This document shows, one piece after another, positions 36,201 through 47,729 of a stretch of DNA of 50,215 nucleotides (the first letter of the stretch is position 1; the number at the start of each line of letters is the position of its first letter). Source of the stretch: Folioceros fuciformis. Its lineage: Eukaryota. Position numbers and translations under genes: made by a program. Location: NCBI GenBank assembly GCA_049999805.1, contig JBNGIO010005972.1, positions 1-50,215 on the forward strand, given 5' to 3'. The notes below the pieces were generated by a model, which made no database searches, was not told the origin of the DNA, and saw nothing but the letters and a program-made list of their open reading frames with translations.

Positions 36201-38022
36201 TACTTAGTTACGGAGTCTGGGGCAGGAATAAGCATTAACTTCCAAAATCAATGCTATGGGCCTTAACAATATTTGTTTGGACGGACAGATACTGCAATCT
36301 ATTGGCGTCACTTGGCGATTGAAGGTGCATAATTAGTTGTAGAAATGCATAACTCTACCAGCAACTTGTTTCAGTCCCGACCGACCGTTGACATTGAGAA
36401 TATTAATGTGAAGAGCTTGTGGAGCTTGACTCTAGCATCACAGGAAAAGACTTTTGCAAGGCATTTTACTCCTTTCGAAAATGTACATTTCTACTTCAGG
36501 TGTATCCCAGTGGTAGTGAATCCTCGCAGGGCACCTACTTATCTGTGTTCATGGAGGTTGTGACCTTTCGGAGAAGCTTGTGGCTCAAGCTTTATGCTCT
36601 CTTGTCTTTGTACAAGTACTGAACCCACATACATCTTAATCAGATGGTTGATGGTGGTTCTGAACCTGCAACATATGATTATGGAATAGAGATGCTACAT
36701 AGAACCAAGCCTCACCAACGAGTTATACGGAAATTTTCATCGGACTTTGAGGTGGGACTGGTTGTCTGGTGACGTGTTGTTACGTACCTGAAGATCTAAT
36801 AGGAATTGAATGCCTGAGAGTACTCACTCTCTCCTTCACAGGCCGGTGCTTGCTGGGGATACTATCAGTTCTACAGGATTGACCTTCTGGAAAAGGAAGG
36901 CTATCTACTTCCTCAGGAGGACACATTGACGCTCCGGTTCTACGTTCGACCCCTGACGTAAGCTCCAGCGGCCTTATCCGTTGCTCGTGAAAATGTAAGC
37001 AAGTGGTTGTCGCTTGCAGATTTTCTCAGCAGAACCAGGATCTGCAGCGGGTCTTGGCAAGAATGCAACTGGAACGAGACACCGCTAATGAGCAGGTGAA
37101 TGTATATCATGAGAGTTTCTAAGTGCAATTCGGATACTTGCAAGTAATTCGGATATGCACTATTGCCTGAAGCTGTGTAGACCATACATCGGAGGGAATG
37201 AGGTTCAATGACAGATTTGTTTTCTAGGTGGCTCTACTTCGGAGGGCATTCACTGCCACAGTTGTACAGCGGCGTCGAAGAAGGGCCACACGAGTGCGTG
37301 AATTTCAAGGTGGCGTACCTCGTGCAGTTGCAGGTGTGGTGACGAGCAACTTACTCAAAACAGGCACTAAAAGCCTGACTGTCACAAGGCAGCAACATCA
37401 GAGAAAGCAGGACAGTAGCTGCAAAAAATCCAGCAAATGCGCGCAGGAGATGTGGTCCCAAGGCGGCAGTAGATGCAGGTCAGCGACGAACTCAGATATC
37501 AGGAATATCCTTAGAATGGGAGATGCACGAAGACGAGATGTCATCTCCGATTGGGAAAGGTTTGCCCGATTTGGCAAGGAATTCCAGGGCGTAGCTGTTG
37601 ATCTAGAGCCTGCTGAAGCTGACCCGTGCGGAACGGGTTACAGAGAGGACGGGGAAGTGACGGCTGCAGATGGATACAAGCAAGCACTCACAGAGGAATC
37701 AAGGAGGAGCGCCGACGGAACTGAAGGTCAGTTGAGCAGGCAAGTGCACCTGCAGTTAGGCGAAAGCAGAAGCGCAACAAAGAAGCACTGCGAAAGCCGG
37801 CGACAAACTTGTGCATCCACAAGTTCCAAGCTGTCTGACGAGGAGAAGGTGCTGGCCGCATCTACGGAAAAGGCCCCCACAGTGGAGAGCTTTACAATGA
37901 GCTGTGAGTGTAAAAAGGGGTCCTCACTAGGTGAGCTGCTGCCTGGAGATGAGTACCCACAATTGAGCGATCGCTTGGATGACTCATACCCTGGCGCTAA
38001 TCACCTAGATATCATAGCATGA
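33258..38022 (+). CDS. TRIM37: TRIM37-like E3 ubiquitin ligase (RING - B-box - coiled coil - MATH/TRAF), 18 exons, ~938 aa
   Basis: Exons 33258-33998, 34090-34149, 34249-34347, 34454-34501, 34696-34782, 34923-35021, 35135-35188, 35282-35332, 35460-35531, 35674-35778, 35905-35970, 36047-36193, 36289-36324, 36500-36556, 36644-36751, 36842-36957, 37020-37095 and 37228-38022 splice into one open frame. RING [50 protein letters not shown]; B-box CPTHESPLSYFCTSCSVAVCSDCA..EHKGH; MATH WRLKVYPSG...YLSVFME...[26 protein letters not shown]. Collinear with animal TRIM37 as I recall it. Confidence 0.9.
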
Positions 38023-39351
38023 TGCAGTTGATGGCTGATGGAACGTGAGTGGGAAGCCGTCTTCAGCCTCCGATTCTTGCCTCGGGTTGACGAGGGATGG
38101 AATGGGAGGTCGACAATAGGGGAGTAAATCCGGCTTGCAAGGCTATCACTTAAAGTTGGGTGGGGCCTGTCCTTGTGGCCTGCGTTTCAATTTCCGTTTC
38201 GAGAGACGGAGTTTGAAAAGGCACGTACAGCCTTACTCATGTCGCACGTTGGCCTCCACCCATTGCCGGCGGGGCCATGGTGCCTTTTCCATGTTCCACA
38301 GTCGCGATCAGAGTCCTTCGGGTGTCGAAGCCGGAGAGGCCGGATAGGTAGGGGGGATAGCATGCACGTCCATGTACGATTGAACTTCATTCGGAACTAG
38401 TCCTTGGGGTCAACGAAATAGAGAGGAACTGTCTTCCCAAACATCACCTCAAGCATGAGAGTATTGGGTCGAAGCCATTTCGCGCCAATGAAGTTTCCAT
38501 GAACGGTGGATTGTCCACCTCCTGGAGTCTGTTTCCCAGATAGTTAATCTACGTAATGACGCTCTCTCTCTCCCAGGTGACGGATGGAATCACGTGGAAC
38601 GAAGACGGGTTGTTTTCTAAGGCTCCTCCGGGGTCATACTCCGGAGACGTACACGCTAGGTACTTGGTCGAGATACGACGCGGTCTGGGTTATCTTCTGG
38701 CAACGCTGCATACGGCACATCTCCAAAGCTGACTGGAGCTGCCATCCCAGGAGAGAGCTGGCTGCGCGCGGGTTTCAAGTCGTCTCTGTGGCAGCAGGCA
38801 CCTTGCTGGTTACGTCTTCGCGTCTGCACTGGACAAGGATAGCGTGACGGTGACATTTTGGACCCACGCAGGGTTTAAATAAAAAATTTCCAGCAGAGCA
38901 GCAGCTGCTCCCTCGGCGTCCTCAATAAGGAATTGGGTTCAGGGCTAACATCCTCCATATCATATCTGTGCAGAGTACAGTCTCATTGGAACGAGGGTCT
39001 ACAGGTCCGTGATGTTCAAGGTTTGAAGATGTCGGCCGACGTGATCAGGTCTTTCCTTCCTGAGACATCAAATCTTGTGCTCTCCAGCTCCAGGCTGCGG
39101 CCGCTGTGGCTTCAGGCCTTTCCAGTTGACGTTGCGGAAGCTTGTCCAACTCCCTCATTCTCCGTCTCTGTAAGTTTGGTCTTCCAGGGCAGGAGACAAT
39201 GAACGCCCGGTGTCCTCATTCTTGAACATTCTGACTGTTTTTTCCTTTCTTTCTGATACATTCTGGCTGTTGAAGACCCGCTAGGGTTGCTAGAAGTGAA
39301 GAAGGGCTGTTGTTGTTAACACTGCTGTCACTCTCTCTTACGTGATATGTC

Positions 39352-40089
39352 ATGCAGCTCCTATGGACGCACACCATCCTCACTGTGAAGTGGCCATATC
39401 TGGCAGTTATCTGTGTTTTGGGTATTGTTTCGGGCCTGGGAGCTGGCGGCCATTTGCTTTTCGCCGCCCTTTCCGATAGCAGGAAGCCTCGCATCAGTTC
39501 AGGTTTCTTCACATGGGGGTCCGCCTTTGTCTGGTATGCTCTCATGTGTGTAGGAGGCTTGGGATTCCACTGCTTCCAACGACACCCAACCTTCTATTTC
39601 TTGGACTTGGTATCCACAGGTTCTTCGTCTATGTCAATGTTGATGGGCTTGGCTGTATTCGCCAACCTGGTGGATGACAGGACCCTGATATGGCGACTAG
39701 CATGCTTTGTAACTGACGTGTGCGTGGCAGCTGTGGGATTATTCGCTCCTCCTTTGATTCGTGAGCAGGTCTATATTGTCCCCACTTTAGTGGCGCTACT
39801 TGCAGGGCTTTTGCTCCTTGCAAAATGTCTGATTGCTTCCTTCAGACAGGGAAAACTTGTTCACGACCTGACAAGAGACTCCCCTCAAAGTTGGCTCCTG
39901 CTTGGGTCCTTCTTCATCCTTCTAGGTGTAGCAGCTTTGTTAGGAGATAGGTTCCTGTGCTTCTTTTTCGGATCGAATGGCGGGTTCATAGTTTGGTTTT
40001 TTTTGGCATGTGACTTGTTTATCCTTTGTGCATACAGAGTTGTCCTCTCGATGGATAAAGAGCAGACGAGATTATTGAAATGCCAGTGA
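39352..40089 (+). CDS. Intronless multi-pass (about 7 TM) membrane protein of unknown function, 245 aa
   Basis: Single long ORF with ~7 hydrophobic stretches and short loops, in a gene-dense context. Confidence 0.75.
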   Translation: MQLLWTHTILTVKWPYLAVICVLGIVSGLGAGGHLLFAALSDSRKPRISSGFFTWGSAFVWYALMCVGGLGFHCFQRHPTFYFLDLVSTGSSSMSMLMGLAVFANLVDDRTLIWRLACFVTDVCVAAVGLFAPPLIREQVYIVPTLVALLAGLLLLAKCLIASFRQGKLVHDLTRDSPQSWLLLGSFFILLGVAALLGDRFLCFFFGSNGGFIVWFFLACDLFILCAYRVVLSMDKEQTRLLKCQ

Positions 40090-40451
40090 CTGATGCTAGG
40101 AAAATGCTTCTACTGTAGGGATGTATAGTAACAACGTGAGAGAAGTTGTATTGATTGATTGCAATGTCTTTTAGGGAGCATTACGCAAGATTTGTGGACA
40201 ATGAAATACCATCTTCTGAAAAATGAACCTGCCGTAGAACCGAAACAAATCCGTAAGAAGCGCAACATGAGCGTGCAGAGAAAACGAGTCTCTCCTATGC
40301 TCTTTGGCGGCGTTCCGTTGCGTTTCGTGGCTCACTGTCGCACACGCTTACTGCATCAACAGTATCTACTCCCGAGCTTGCCAACTGTCCAGAATTCACA
40401 TGGGCCACTGTTTCAGTTGGTTCTTTATGAACCCGATTCAAACCATTTCAG

Positions 40452-42061
40452 ATGATCGCCAGGGGCTCTCTCCAGGTTGCAGGCCAAGGGAAGATGTGTG
40501 GGATGCGCCTGCTGCCTGGAGGGCATTACGTCCGCGGATGTAAGATATTTGGATCGGGGGAGAGCAGTACGCTGCGTGCGCGACTGGCTGTTTTTGGAAA
40601 CGCGCAACAGGATCGGTTGTGGACTGCTGCTGGTCCAATCACGTCATGGCATCTCAGCTCCGGGCTGCAATTTGGATCTCGCTCCTGCGTCATGGCTGAT
40701 CCTTCTCGTCAACAATGCAGGGCTACCCACAACGTGGATGCTGCTCAGCTGAGCACTCGGCCGTCCCCTGGTAAGTTCTGCGCATCCAGGCACAGCTGTT
40801 GAGAAGATCATTCATCATGACCGTTCTCGGAAGAAGAGGAGGTTGGCATCCAACCCAGCGCTGGCTGGAGTGGCGTGTTGCTGATCTCCATGATGGGTTC
40901 ATGTCACATTGCTCCTCCTTGTAAAGCAGAAACGTTGCACCTATGGCGAACGGCAGATGCAGTCTGCTTTGATGTGGACAGCACAGTGTCTCTCGACGAA
41001 GGAATTGATGAACTAGCTACCTTCTGTGGCGCGGGAGAAGCTGTCGCAGCATGGACTGCCAGGTCTGTCGGGTTGGGTTTCTTTAGGGCATACTACTGCG
41101 CTTGCGGGTCTGGCTGGTGATGCTACTTGAGTCTCATTTCCTTTTATCCGGTGGCTTTGAAGGTCCCTGATATATTTTCGTTCATGTGTCCCTGATGCAG
41201 AGCCATGGGCGGCTCGGTGCCGTTTGAGGAGGCCTTAGCTGCAAGACTGGCTCTGTTTCAACCATCGTTCTCAACACTGACTGAATTTCTGACCAAGAAG
41301 CCTTCCAGGTACGGAAGGATTAGCACCCTAGAAAATAATTTTGAGCCTCGCAGAGCAAGTGTCTCTTTTTGTGGTTTAATGCTGTTGAGGGCTTTTTTTG
41401 CAGGCTTACCCCGGGGATCACCGATCTGATAAGTGGCTTGCAGTCTCGTGGGGTTGATGTTTTCCTTGTTTCTGGAGGATTCCGACAGATGATCGAGGTG
41501 AGGCATAACGCTCACATCGAGCCTGGTGAAACCCAGAAGACCTGGCTGCTGACCCTTCTGGATGTCGTCTTGCAGCCCATAGCGTCTATCCTTCACATTC
41601 CGCGAGAGAGAATCTTTGCCAACACTCTGCTGTTCCATCCTAATGGGCAGTTCTCTGGCTTCGACTTGAATGAGCCGACCTGTCGGAGTGGAGGCAAAGC
41701 AGAAGCAATAGCCAGCATAAAGCAGGTGAGCCGGTACCTTAAGTTTGCTTCGTTGCTTTTTGGCACGCCGTGTGAGCGTCTCGTGTTTGCTGCAGAAGCA
41801 TGGGTACCACAAGCTGGTCATGATAGGAGATGGAGCTACTGACCTGGAGGTATCCAAGAACCTGGATTTGAGCATTGAAGGTAGGACCTGCGCATTGTGA
41901 GGTCCCATTTGACCTGTTGCAACCTGCAGGCTCGCAAACCGGGGGGTGCAGACATCTTCATCTGTTATGGTGGCGTGCAACTTCGGGAAGCCGTAGCTGC
42001 GAAGTCGGACTGGTCGGTCATGGATTTTGAGGATTTGATTCAAAATATTTCCTCCTCATAG
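40452..42061 (+). CDS. PSP: Phosphoserine phosphatase (HAD family) with N-terminal transit-peptide-like extension, ~329 aa; exons 40452-40770, 40930-41062, 41201-41308, 41404-41497, 41576-41725, 41796-41849, 41930-42061
   Basis: ADAVCFDVDST (HAD motif I); RAMGGSVPFEEAL; LVSGGF; SGGKA; MIGDGATDLE. All introns GT-AG. Confidence 0.95.
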
Positions 42062-42579
42062 TGCTAGAGCTGTTTAGACTCCGCATCTTCCATGACCTAA
42101 ACTCTCTTCCTCTCCTGGCGCTCGAAGGCCATGTACCCTAATAAGCTAGGGCCGAAACGAACTCCGGCAACAGTCTGTCGGACGGGGAAGTAATATATAG
42201 CTCACATGACCATATTCATGTTTTGTCTGGTCCTTGCGCCTTTGATGTGCACGGCACCACCCCATGTCTCCTTCACCCCGCATTTGGCAATTTTCTGGTT
42301 TTCATTGCAATCATCAATCTGCAATTTCTATCTCTAAATACGACAAGTGTATACCTATACTGTGCGTGTACAGCGTAGACTAATGGTATGAAGAGATGCT
42401 CATAGTTTTAGATTCGATTTAAATTTAATTGATATTTTCCAAGGTTGGAATGACCTACAGTCTCCGGTAGGTACTGTAGTTTCCATACTGCCGTACCCAC
42501 GCCCCATATTAGGGCTCCGCCTTGTCTTTAGGGCTCGAGTATTTTTAACGCTGTGTGGTGGCGGCCAAGTTTAGCAGCG

Positions 42580-43311
42580 ATGGCGCCGACTGTGGCAGGC
42601 AGCGGTATTGCGGTGGGTCTCAGCAGAGGGCATGTGGTCACAAAGAGGACGCCTGCTGTTCGCCCTTCTGCTACCAAGGGGGTACGTATGCTGTGACATC
42701 GGCCACGCTCGGGTTTGCACCTCGACTAGGAGTGTGTAGATATCGTCTATCCTGTGATGGGAGTCTGTGATTGGAGTCTGTGATTGTTCGTTGTTGCTGC
42801 TGGCTGCCCAAGTCTGGTGTTTTCTTTGCTTGTGGAGACCCTTGCTTGTTTGGCAGAGTACGACGCTTTTGACGGATCAATTGAGCTTGGGTTGTGGTCC
42901 GATGAATATGTCAACGGCTGCTCAGGATGATGTCTGAGGCTTTCTTCGTGGTGTGTTGCAGAGGAAGGGGAAGAGAACGGGATTTGTACGGTTGTTGATC
43001 CGTGAGGTTGCGGGATTTGCTCCGTACGAAAAGAGAATAACAGAGTTGTTGAAGGTCGGGAAAGACAAGCGTGCCTTAAAGGTGGCGAAGAAGAAGCTGG
43101 GTACTCATCTCCGAGCCAAGAGAAAGCGTGAGGAGATGGCTACTGTACTCCGAAAGCAAAGGTCCACAACTGATGTTTGTTCTTTAGCCGACCTAAAGCA
43201 AGCTGTATCTGGGGGTTTAGTTTACCTGCCCTGTTTGCTGCGGTCATTCTTTGCTCATCTGTCCCTGGTTGCTGTTTCAGGGCAACAGGTGGTACCGAAA
43301 AGAAGAAGTGA
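42580..43311 (+). CDS. RPL36: 60S ribosomal protein L36 (eL36), 110 aa; exons 42580-42681, 42962-43161, 43281-43311
   Basis: [15 protein letters not shown]...[48 protein letters not shown]. Confidence 0.97.
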
Positions 43312-44272
43312 GCCATCGTCACGGGGAGATTGTTAGGCATGGGTGCAATTACCCTGGATGTCGAAGTTTTTTGAACTGGCTGTGTGGAACAGTTCGTTTA
43401 GTAGATGAGAATCCTATTCTCCGCGGCTATTTAAATTCGGCTGTGTGGCTGGAAATTAGTCATGCCACTTTTGTTTTTGGTCTCTGTGTATCAAATGCTG
43501 TCTCCACAATTTCTCTTAAAAGTCGCTCCATACCTTTCAGTCTGAATCTGAAGCATCCTCGTGTAATGCTGTATGTGCTGACTCGTTGTTTTTCTGTTGA
43601 TCACCTGCTAGCCCATAGCCATCTTGGGTGCATACACCGCGTCCTGAGGCTGGGAAGATTTCCAGGCTTTTATGCTCTGTTGTTGATGCTGTCATATTTG
43701 TTGACTTGTGGACTTCCGGGATCAGGGTTTTGCAAATGACCGTGTGGGCTCTTCTTCAGCCCCATCTTAAGTTTGAGTCTCCTCATTCCGTTGTTTTCCC
43801 CCGAGGTCAGGGGGCTCTGGCTTTCGCAAGTTCGTTTTCATAGTTGCCTAATTTTGGAAGGCCTGAGCTCCGAACGTACATGTCTGTCTTACGCTAGAAA
43901 CAGGGAGTGTTACCCTTACTGTTGTTCATGCCGGATTCGTAGATAGCACAGGGTGATAACGAAGTGCTTGGCAAAATAATTCGAAGCCTCATGCAGAGGT
44001 GGTACATGCACCAATGCAAAGCAAAAACATTAGAGAGAAATGGGCGAACGGGCTGATATACGAAGGGCGTGTGTGATTGGAAGGCAGAAGCGCTCCTTAT
44101 CCGAGTCAGCTAGGTCGAAGTTGCTGGATACCCATCTCCGCCATTCGTTTCTCCATCGCTGGAATTCGTGTGTCTCGCGGGCTCAGTCTTGTTGGCGTGC
44201 GCCCTCCTCCACCTCTGCCTTCAGTTGGAGTGAAGTTTGGCACTCGGATCGGGCATATCCTGCGAGGTCGAA

Positions 44273-45301
44273 ATGGCGATGGCGGTCGCAGTGGCTGGCA
44301 GCAGCGTGACGGCGTTGAGGAGCGGGAACAGGGCCTTCGGTTGCGGGGTGCAGGGCCTCAGGCCCATGTCTGTGTCCGTGTCGCTGAGGAAGATGGAGGC
44401 TTTAAAGAGACAGCTGCCGGCCATTTGCGCCAAGCTGGAGACGCCGGAGAAGAGTAATGTGGGCGTCGAGGCAGCGTTTGCGGGAGCCATGTTCGCGGCC
44501 CTGGCGTCGGCGGAGCCGGCCCTTGCGGTGCAGCAGCTGGGGAGCTTGGCCGCCGGTGCGGACGACGGGCGAGGCGCGGCCCTGTTGGTGCCCTTGATCC
44601 CCGCTCTTCTGTGGGTCATCTTCAACATTCTACAGCCGGGGCTGAACCAGCTCAACAAGATGCGGGGTGCTAAGGCTGTGGTCGGGGGCGTGGGATTGGG
44701 TGCGCTGGCGTCGCTGCTGGCCGTGCCTGAGGCGCAGGCGGCGCAGGAGCTGGCTAGCATTGCGGAGGGGGACCAACGAGGCCTGCTTCTGCTGGGAGTT
44801 GTGGTGGCTGCACTTGGCTGGGTGGCATTCAACATTCTGCAGCCGGCCCTCAACCAGCTGAACAAGATGAGATCCAGCAAGGGCGTGGTTGGCGCCGTCG
44901 GCTTGGGCGCTTTGGCGTCGCTGCTTGCGTCTCCGTCGGCGGAGGCCGTCCAAGAGTTTGCTACCATCGCCGAGGGTGACCAACGGGGGGTTCTGCTGCT
45001 GGGCGTTCTCGCTGCTGCGCTGGGCTGGGTTCTCTTCAACATCTTGCAGCCAGGGCTGAACCAGTTGAACAAGATGAGGTCGGGCAAGGGAATTGTGGGT
45101 GCCGTTGGTTTGTCTGCTGCTGCCGCCTCGCTTCTGGCCACTCCCGCCGCAGATGCTGCGCAAGAGTTGGAGCAGCTGGCTGAGGGAGACCAACGCGGGG
45201 TCCTACTCCTCGGTATTGTGGCTCTCGCCATCGGATGGGTGCTGTTTAATATTCTGCAACCGGCTTTGAACCAGCTGGATAGGATGAGATCACGAAAGTG
45301 A
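44273..45301 (+). CDS. psbY: Nuclear-encoded photosystem II PsbY polyprotein with four PsbY units, 342 aa, intronless
   Basis: Transit peptide, then four units of [hydrophobic signal ending ALA/AQA/AEA/ADA] plus D(G/Q)RG..L....A..WV.FNILQP.LNQL..MR. Confidence 0.95.
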   Translation: MAMAVAVAGSSVTALRSGNRAFGCGVQGLRPMSVSVSLRKMEALKRQLPAICAKLETPEKSNVGVEAAFAGAMFAALASAEPALAVQQLGSLAAGADDGRGAALLVPLIPALLWVIFNILQPGLNQLNKMRGAKAVVGGVGLGALASLLAVPEAQAAQELASIAEGDQRGLLLLGVVVAALGWVAFNILQPALNQLNKMRSSKGVVGAVGLGALASLLASPSAEAVQEFATIAEGDQRGVLLLGVLAAALGWVLFNILQPGLNQLNKMRSGKGIVGAVGLSAAAASLLATPAADAAQELEQLAEGDQRGVLLLGIVALAIGWVLFNILQPALNQLDRMRSRK

Positions 45302-46541
45302 GCTTTCCCTTGCTGTGTAATCTGTACATCATCAGGGAACTTGACTTGATGGGCTTCGCACGAGGCCCCATTGTGAGACATGTAGGGATCCGGGATGTGT
45401 GTGAGGAGGCGAGATGTTTGGCTGTTGTACAAACGTCAGTGAAGGGCTGGAACTCTCTTGTCTGACTTGTCCTACCGAACGAAGTCTTTTACACACTGTA
45501 TCAAAGAGTGGAGCTAGAATGGCTCTTGCAAACCTGTATACTGTCCGGCTCACCAACCGCTATTGCTATGCTAGCCGTCTTATAAATTGTATCTCATTCT
45601 AATAAATCTGGTGGTATTGTGTTCCTTCTGTGGAACTCCTTTCTACCTCTACCTCTTTTATCTTGTTGCCATTCCAGCCCTCAGCTTCTAACCGGCGTCC
45701 TGTGCCTTTGGCCCAGCGGAAACGTAACAGCGTCGTCTGTTTTTGCTCTCAAGTCAGTTTTTCTCGACATCTGTAGCTCTCGGTGGCAGGTAAGTCAGCA
45801 CCATTCGGTGATTCACAGTAATGTAGTCATCATTCTATTCATACGGTTCGACAGTGCTACCTCAGAAAGGGAAACCTACGAAACACAGTTCGCAGAAGCC
45901 GAAGTGGAAGAAACGTACCAATGGAACAGTGTCCTTCTGGACTTGTATGATCTCGCCATTCCTCATTTGTCCACGTTTTGTAGCAAATTCGCTAACGAGT
46001 GTTCCTCTAGTCTAGGATTCCTCTTGCTAGCATGCCAATGCGGAGAGTTCGGTGGTAAACATATGCTAGTGAGCAAATAAGGTTAGTACCAGTCAGGACA
46101 GACTGGTAAATTCTAGAAGACCCGTATGGACTGCAGCATCCCTCCTAGGATCGACAAGGGTCAAGAAATGGTGGACGAGCTGCAAGGCGAAAAATGGTTC
46201 AGTTGTTGTATGAATTACATCACAAAAATGCTAATGCGGCATTCCGCATAATACAGTCTCAAATCTGTACGGGAGGAGGAGGGTGCTGATTGAGAGGTGG
46301 GGAATCACTCCTGTCTCAAAGTAGCTCGTCATCTATCTCAACACTCTGGCATCTTCGTCGACAACATCGCCATCCTCCCAGCGATGGGCTCATCAAATCT
46401 AACTCGTCCAAGGGAAGCCCTATTCTGCAACAAGGCAGGAGTTCTGAATCCCCGCAGCCATCATGGTGTTCAGAGTCTCACGTGAATTTGCTGGTCAGCC
46501 GTATTGCACCTGGTGCTGGATACCGGTGTATTTAAGATATC

Positions 46542-47537
46542 TCACACCTGTGCCAAGCCACGACTGAGCAACACATCGTCATAGTAGTCTCGCACCCCAT
46601 ACAAATCAGAAAGATCAGCCAAGTTCCGACACCTGTTCACTGCCTTCCCTTCTGGAAATTCCAAGCAAGAGTAGTGCATGATCATCTCCTTGAGTGAGTG
46701 CTTTGTGCTCTTAACATCGTTGTCCCACAGCACGCAGCTCCGTAAGTAATCCCTCTTCACATCCTCCCACTCCAGCTTTCCCTCAGGCCTAAACACGGAC
46801 ACATTCCAACACGCAGCTCTGGCCACCATCACAGACGAGGCCCCGGTTGCGTCCCTGATGCGCTGGAAGTCCTCATACTCAAACACATCTCCATTGGCAA
46901 TGACAGGCACAGAGAGCGCAGACACCACATGCGCAATCCCATCCCAGTGAGCCGCATCCCTAGGCCGCTCGTCCCTCCTCCTGCCGTGCACAGCCACGGC
47001 CGCCACCCCGGTCTTCTCAATCCGCCTCGCCAGCTCCACAGTCTCCTCGTAGGTCTTGAGCAGCCGGATCTTGCACGACACAGGAACGTCTAGATTCCGC
47101 CTCAAGGTCCGCAGGATGTCCTCCACCAACTCCGGCTTGGTGAGCAGCGCAGCTCCCATGCCGGCGTGCACCGAGAAGGCCTTTGGGCAGCCCATGTTCA
47201 CGTCGATGGCTGCCACATCCCGGCACACAACCTCCGCCGCCTTGAGGGCCCGGACTGCATCGGAAGTCCCTACCTGGAACACCACCCGACGTTTCTCCTC
47301 CGGACAAGTGCGGAACACGACATCGTTGCATGTCTTGTCCACCAAATCCACTGTGCCTAGAAGCAGATTCTCTTGCCGACAACACCGCAGCACCCGGTGG
47401 TCCACCAGCTCCTCAGAGTAGGTGATGTCAGCCCCGTACTCCGCTGCCAGCATGCGCATGGGCAGCGTGCCCACTCTCACCATCGGGGCCAGGCAGTGCT
47501 TTCCACCGTACTCCAGCCAAGAATCCTCCGCCATCAC
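46542..47537 (-). CDS. DUS2: tRNA-dihydrouridine(20) synthase, DUS2-like, 331 aa, intronless
   Basis: LAPMVRVGTLPMR; VVFQVGTSD; DVNMGCPKAFSVHAGMGAALL; CKIR; AVHGR; PVIANGD; VMVAR. No C-terminal dsRBD. Confidence 0.93.
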   Translation of the reverse strand: MMAEDSWLEYGGKHCLAPMVRVGTLPMRMLAAEYGADITYSEELVDHRVLRCCRQENLLLGTVDLVDKTCNDVVFRTCPEEKRRVVFQVGTSDAVRALKAAEVVCRDVAAIDVNMGCPKAFSVHAGMGAALLTKPELVEDILRTLRRNLDVPVSCKIRLLKTYEETVELARRIEKTGVAAVAVHGRRRDERPRDAAHWDGIAHVVSALSVPVIANGDVFEYEDFQRIRDATGASSVMVARAACWNVSVFRPEGKLEWEDVKRDYLRSCVLWDNDVKSTKHSLKEMIMHYSCLEFPEGKAVNRCRNLADLSDLYGVRDYYDDVLLSRGLAQV

Positions 47538-47729
47538 TCCAGGGTTTCAGGAAAACCAGGGGCGCATCCACAGCGCTTGCCTTCTCCTTCCACCGGCGAA
47601 TTTGCGCCGGCCCAGAGAGCAAGCTGCTGCAATTACAGACTCTAAGCTTTGCATCGAATCTAGCTGTCACGAAGATACATGGAGAAGCCTTGTATGACAG
47701 ACTCCTGGGCTCTTCGAAGGCTTGACTTT

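Noticed and set aside
38030-39200. Short ORFs between the TRIM37-like gene and the membrane protein gene
   Set aside because: No motif or coherent exon chain; likely UTR or promoter sequence.
41258-42043. 261-aa minus-strand ORF
   Set aside because: Antisense to the PSP exons; no recognisable motifs.
42505-42540. Telo-box-like TTAGGGCT twice upstream of RPL36
   Set aside because: Plausible for a ribosomal protein promoter, but both deviate from the TAGGGTTT consensus, so they are not called.
44221-45432. 403-aa minus-strand ORF
   Set aside because: Antisense shadow of the GC-rich repetitive psbY CDS.
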